Part shown: positions 58,114-64,000 of the stretch, piece by piece
How the letters are laid out: the number at the start of each line of letters is the position of its first letter
Position numbering within the stretch: position 1 is the first letter of the stretch
Source: the human T2T-CHM13v2.0 reference genome, Homo sapiens
Direction: 5' to 3' (one strand)
DNA: 64,000 bases
Assembly (NCBI RefSeq): GCF_009914755.1
Contig: NC_060938.1
Notes under the pieces: generated by a model
What the model saw: the letters and a program-made list of their open reading frames with translations, nothing else
What the model was told of the DNA's origin: nothing
Database searches by the model: none
Translations under genes and position numbers: made by a program

Positions 58114-58924
58114 TTCTTATTTATTGATTCTTAATTACACGCATTTCATCTACTCTTGACTTTTTTTTTACTGTAGTAGATGCTGCATGTGGCATTGAAA
58201 AAACAAAATATGGAACCTTTTTTTGAAGACCAAAATGTTGATAAGGTAAATGAAGATGTGGTTAAAAGCCAACATAGAATAATCAGAGTCGAGTCCTGTT
58301 CACCAACTCACTCTTATCAGTTAATGATCTCTAGTTTTACAATGGTAAATTGTTTTATTTGGAAAATATTTTTCCCATGCTTTATTCACTTGCCATCTCC
58401 CTGTCTTTATAACGATGACAAGGATCCTATAAAGGAATGGAAGTTCTCCAGGTAATAATAGAAAAGAAGTGTAACAACAAGGGAAATATATGCATGGGAC
58501 CAGGATTCCTAAAAGGTCATGGGAGTAAATGATTGTTAGGTTTGCCATTAGGGAAGGAAAGAAGTAGAAAGCAACCTGAAAGAACAGCTCCACAAATACA
58601 AAGGTGAAGAGGGGAAAGAAGTAAGAATACAGAGTTGAATAAGAGTGTCAAGATGACAAAGATTAGTATAAAACACCTCAAAAACGGTGAATTTAAATGA
58701 CAGTAGAATGTCTCCATATCATATTATAGAATTATTTTAAATATAGATTAGGAAAAGAAAGCCAAGTAATTAAAATAATGCTCAGATTCTTCTGAGTGAC
58801 TTACGGGTGATTTTAATAAAGGATTGGAAGAAAATTTATGGGTGACTATATTTAACATTCTGTTTAACATTTAAAAATAGCCAGGAGAGAATAACTTGAA
58901 TATTTCTAGTTTAAATAAAACATA

Positions 58925-59030
58925 CATATTTAAGGTAATGTGTATCTCTGTTACCCTCATTAGATTATATAGATGGAACAAATCATCACACGTACACTGA
59001 AAATATATGCATCTATTTATTAATTTAAAA
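58925..59030 (+). mobile_element. Short L1MA-type 3' end fragment
   Basis: aaggtaatg..tat..ttaccct...atcacacgtacactgaaaatatatgcatctattt. Confidence 0.4.
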
Positions 59031-59383
59031 ATTCTAAATGGAAAGAAAATTTAATCCTAACTTTTTAAAATTTCAGTAAAGTGATGTCTCATATTTTATC
59101 TAGTGAATATTGTGTTCATAGATCATGCAAAGTAAAATGTGTTTTAGGCTATATCAGATTTTGAATGAATCATTAATTTTTGACTCCTGTTAAAAGTTTT
59201 TTAAAGTAATATTTGGTATATTCCCAAGTTGCTTAACTAATTTATTTCACTTTTACATCATCTTGGCAGCTGTTTTAGCCTTTTTTTGATAATAGAGAAA
59301 ATAAATAAGTAATTAAATAATAGAAAATAAAAAATAATAAAAATTAATAAAAAAATTAATAAAAATTAAAATTTCTGGTTAAT

Positions 59384-59675
59384 TTTTTTTTTTTGAGAGG
59401 GAGTATCGCTCTGTCGCCCAGGCTGGAGGGTGGTGGGTGATCTCGGCTCACTGTAAGGTCCACCTCCCGGGTTCATGCCATTCTCCTGCCTCAACCTCAT
59501 GAGTAGCTGGGACTGTAGGTGCCCGCCATCACGCCCGGCTAATTTTTAAATATTTTTAGCGGAGACGGGGTTTCACTGTGTTAGCCAGGATGGTCTCGAT
59601 CTCCTAACCTCATGATCTGCCTGCCTCGGCCTCCCAAAGTGCTGGGATTACAGGCGTGAGCCACCACACCTAGCC
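59384..59675 (-). mobile_element. AluY with 13-bp TSD
   Basis: AluY diagnostics gggttcatgccattctcc and gtgttagccaggatggtctcgatctcc; TSD atttctggttaat at 59371-59383 and 59676-59688. Confidence 0.92.
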
Positions 59676-60719
59676 ATTTCTGGTTAATATTAAAGGAGGT
59701 TTCTAATTTATGTTCATTGAATGAGAAAAAATATCTTTTTAACCTGGAACCCTCTTAAAGAAATAAATTATTACTTATTTCTGGAGCTAGTCTGACTGAC
59801 CTTGTGCTGATAACCTCTGTACTTAAGAACATACATGTGATGAATGCAGTCAACACTCATGATTGTTTTCTAAACAAAGTACCTATTTTGATAGAATCGT
59901 AAGGAAAGAAATATTGCCAACAGTACACAGAATTATCTCTGGAATATTACTTTTTACTTTTAAAACTATCTCCTGCAGTTGGGACGTTTTTTATTATTCT
60001 CTGGAAGCATTATTAACTTTAGTATTTATAGTTATACCTTGCACATAAATTTATTCAGCTCTAAAACTCAGGAATCCTTTTGACTTGATGTTTAAAATAA
60101 ATTTCTTCTCTCTTCATGTGAGTATTGAGTCATGAGTGACAGGCATAGTGTATTTGAAGACAAGTAAGTCTTCAGCTTGCATAGTCATATGATTATTTTA
60201 CTTGATCCTTTCTCTGATTTTTAACTATTATCTTTATGGCATAAGTAGGCAATTAGAGCTATTAGTATATCATTTCAGGAGAATCAGAAAACCATATGAA
60301 CTTTAAAATAGATTTTGCATTTCTCTCTTATATGTTAGAAGTACTTAAAATGCCTTATAATTCTATAATAGAATAAATATTTGTGCAAGTTAAAAACTTT
60401 TAAGATGATTTTTTGAAAATGAGCTTTCTTAGGACACCTTGACTTACTGGTTTAGATAACTGTTTTCATTAAGTTCAAAAATGCAGATGACCATAATATT
60501 CCAGAAATAAATATCTGCATACATTTAGAAAATATATTTTATATCTTTTAATCCAGTATAGAAATATATAATTGAAATTTTGAATCACATGTTTTGTTTT
60601 CTTTTTATTTTCAAAACTTCAGGGTTCTACATAGGTTTAAATTATTGAATCCTACCAGTTTAGTATACTTTACAAATGTTGACCTTCTCAACAACATATG
60701 GTTTTTTTGAGTAAGGTCA

Positions 60720-61620
60720 TCTATTTCTACTCCAAATGTATTTACCCAGATCAGTCTTCTAAGTCCCCTTTGTGCCTCAAATTTAATATGTCTCAAACTG
60801 CCTTCCAGATTCTTTCCTGACTCTTTGTAATCCATGCTGTCATCTCACTTCCCAATTTTAGTAAATAACACCAAGGAGGTAGCAATGAAACATTGAAGCA
60901 GAAAAACTGCACTCCAGGTTTCCCTCACATAGCCAATCCAGTGACTCACCAATTTTTGTATTTTCTACCTTTAACCACTTCTCATATCTTATTACTGTAA
61001 TACACTGTCGGCCCTATACTTTTGGAATGTTCGTTTTTGTTTCTTTCTTCTCCCCATGTTTATCTATCTATATATGTCTTTCAGGGTGACCTTTCTTAAA
61101 CATGTTTACTTTGATCTAAGTCATCTGTTTATGGCTGGACCCTCATTACATGAAACAAACATTTACATTCTAGCATAACACTTATTTTGTGGTTTGGCCT
61201 GTTTCTCCCATTTTATCTCTCCACTCCACTTTCTCTGTCTGTGTCCAAGTTTTACCACGTTATTGTGGTATTTCTTATTGGCTATGCTGTTTCATGCTTT
61301 ATTTTTTTGCACATGCTGCCCTCACTAGAAACACTTCACACTCTTACTCTTCCCTTGTCTATTTTAAAAATAGAACCCTAAATTTGCAGTTTCTCAGAAG
61401 CTTCCCAAGTAGAATTGTTATTGCCTTTGTGCTATCACTGTATTTTATTGACTTGAATTGTAGAAATAATGAATTGTGTCTTTCTGCTTTTGTTTGTTTT
61501 TATAAATTTCTTTTTTCACTTGATAAATAAATAAAATTGGTATTTTATTCATATTATCAGATTTTCCAGTATAGATCTTATGAATTTATAGACACGGAAA
61601 ATGTTTCTTGAATTACTGAC
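60720..61620 (+). mobile_element. Very old L2-like 3' fragment
   Basis: cctcaaatttaatatgtctcaaactg...catctca..gtaaataacacc; ends aaatgtttcttgaattactgactga; weak. Confidence 0.4.
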
Positions 61621-62558
61621 TGATTAAGTAGTAAATATGACATTTTCTGAAGATTTCTTTTTTTTTTTTTAATAGGAAAGAAAAGCACTACCAGCAACTG
61701 GACAAAAAGCAAATGGTATTGGTATTATAAAAAGTGCTCCATGAGAGCAATCAAATAATGATAATGTTGTATTTTGTGTACAATAAAAGATGGTGAGGTA
61801 GTGAATATAGCTGAATAATTTTCTATGCTTTAATAATATAATTTTTGAAAATAAATATAACTAATTTAAATATAATTTAAAATAAATTTAAAATTAAATT
61901 AATTGTTAAATTACATTAAATTATAAGCCTAATTTTAATTAAATTATAGTTATAATTTATTAATTTTAATAGTAAATATAATTTAATTTAAACATACTTT
62001 TTCTTAAAACTTTGGTGAACACTTAAACTTGTAGATCAAAATATAATATTCATTGTTGAGAAATGGACATTAGTATATTTACAAAAAAATGTGAGGTGGG
62101 ATTGTGTAAATTAAGAAAGCAGCTGGCTAGGTATTTGGAGGTTTCTGATGAGGAAACTTGAGGGAACTCACTTTATGTAGACTCAGTATATTCCCACTCA
62201 AAGAGAAGATTAAATGATTGCTGCTTTGGAGCTTACTGGAGGCAGAGGGTAGAAGAATGACAGGAAACCACAGAAACTCATTTCTTCTCTCTATAGGGGT
62301 TACACATCAATGATATGTGCTTCATTCATGTTTGTTAGTGAACTGGGATGCACTTGGATATCAAAACATTGGCAGTTTTCTTTAAAACAATGCTGTTTTT
62401 GATGAAATAGCCATTGTATAAAAGTACCTCAGAGGCTGCTATGCTATAGCATATCAAACTGACTAGAAAAAAAACAAACGAGAAATTTATTTCTTTAGTA
62501 CTAAAAGTGTAACTGTCAATAATCATGGCAAATATTTTGATATGTAAAAGTTGATTAA

Positions 62559-62870
<312 letters not shown>

Positions 62871-63140
62871 TCAATGGTGATTCAGAGATTTTTGGTTACA
62901 TTTTGTAAATGAAAATCTGAGTACTCATTAGTTATTTGATGTGTAACATATACTTTTTTTGCATAAGGGAATGAAAAGATGGCAAGAGAACTAAAGTTGA
63001 GAATCCAGAAGTTGAAAATATCAGAAGTCTTCATGACTGTGGATAACATGAGTATTTTTAGAAACGATTTTTCTCCAAGTAGATATCTAAACTAATGATT
63101 GAGAGCATTTCCTGCCAGCAGAAGCGAATGATACATTTTC

Positions 63141-63441
63141 TTTTCTTTTCTTTTTTTTTGAGACCGAGTCTCGCTCTGTCACCCAGGCTTGAATGCAGTT
63201 GCGGGATCTCATCTCACTGCCAACTCCGCCTCCCGGGGTTCACGCCATTCTCCTGCCTCAGCCTCCTGAGTAGCTGGGACTACAGGCGCCTGCCACCAAG
63301 CCCAGCTACTTTTATGCATTTTTAGTAGAGATGGGGTTTCACGGTGTTAGCCAGGATGGTATCGATCTGCTGACTTCGTGATCTGCCCGCCTCGGCCTCC
63401 CAAAGTGCTGGGATTACAGGCGTGAGCCACCGCGCCCGGCC
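63141..63441 (-). mobile_element. AluY with 17-bp TSD
   Basis: gggttcacgccattctcc, gtgttagccaggatggt; TSD gcgaat(g/a)atacattttc at 63124-63140 and 63442-63458. Confidence 0.93.
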
Positions 63442-64000
63442 GCGAATAATACATTTTCATGCTCTCTCATTGCAACTTCATAGTTTCTAACATTTATTCT
63501 TCTGGGGTCCGCTTTGGTTCTCTCATTTGACGTCACTTTTTTTGGCTTCATCCAGCAGATTCGCATTCGTAGAAATACTTTTCTATGTTACTTGTAGTCA
63601 TGTGAAACCTAATCTCACCCTTGCAATCTGGACTGCATGTTTTATAGAATCTATATTGTGATTTTTCATGTGTATATTCCTGTCATGTTTGTGTGTTAAC
63701 CAAAACAAGAGCAAAGCAACCCAAAGCCTAATGGGTAACAATTTCAAGGGCAAGGACGAAGATTTCAGCTGGATACAAACACTGCATGATTGATGGTAGG
63801 CTATGTCATATTTCCCTGTAGTCAATTTTGTGTTCCTTTTGTTTTTTCGTGTCTCCTGAGCAACCACCTTTATTCACGGTAAGCATATTTTCTTTAATTA
63901 TTAACAAAATGCTCTGTGATATATACATGATATATTAATCATTATGTTGTCAAACCCATTCAGCATACGGTGAAAGACAGAGATCACATTTCAACTAGAT

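Overview
Primate (human or great-ape) pericentromeric or acrocentric-type mosaic with no intact protein-coding gene; coordinates were read by eye and are approximate for repeats. Left to right: (1) Alu/old-L1-rich DNA ending in a truncated ERV1-class LTR (1-5341); (2) a 3' fragment of a processed CTBP2 pseudogene on the minus strand (about 6239-7663), joined directly to the tail of a minus-strand L1PA (7662-11263) that is cut off inside ORF2; (3) about 15.5 kb of 68-bp beta satellite with degenerate higher-order structure (11264-26746); (4) the most unusual element, a 7.8-kb composite satellite in which 26 copies of a 55-60 bp Alu 3'-end fragment punctuate (GGAAT/GGAGT)n tracts in an ordered A-B-C-D-E higher-order repeat (26747-about 34556); (5) canonical satellite III (GGAAT)n (about 34557-38002); (6) a twin-primed, 5'-inverted L1 (38040-39538); (7) a 5'-decapitated unprocessed ANKRD36-family pseudogene (exons 43070-64000+) with a nonsense codon, a frameshift and a broken splice acceptor, built from 1.88-kb and 5.4-6.0-kb exon-carrying tandem duplications.
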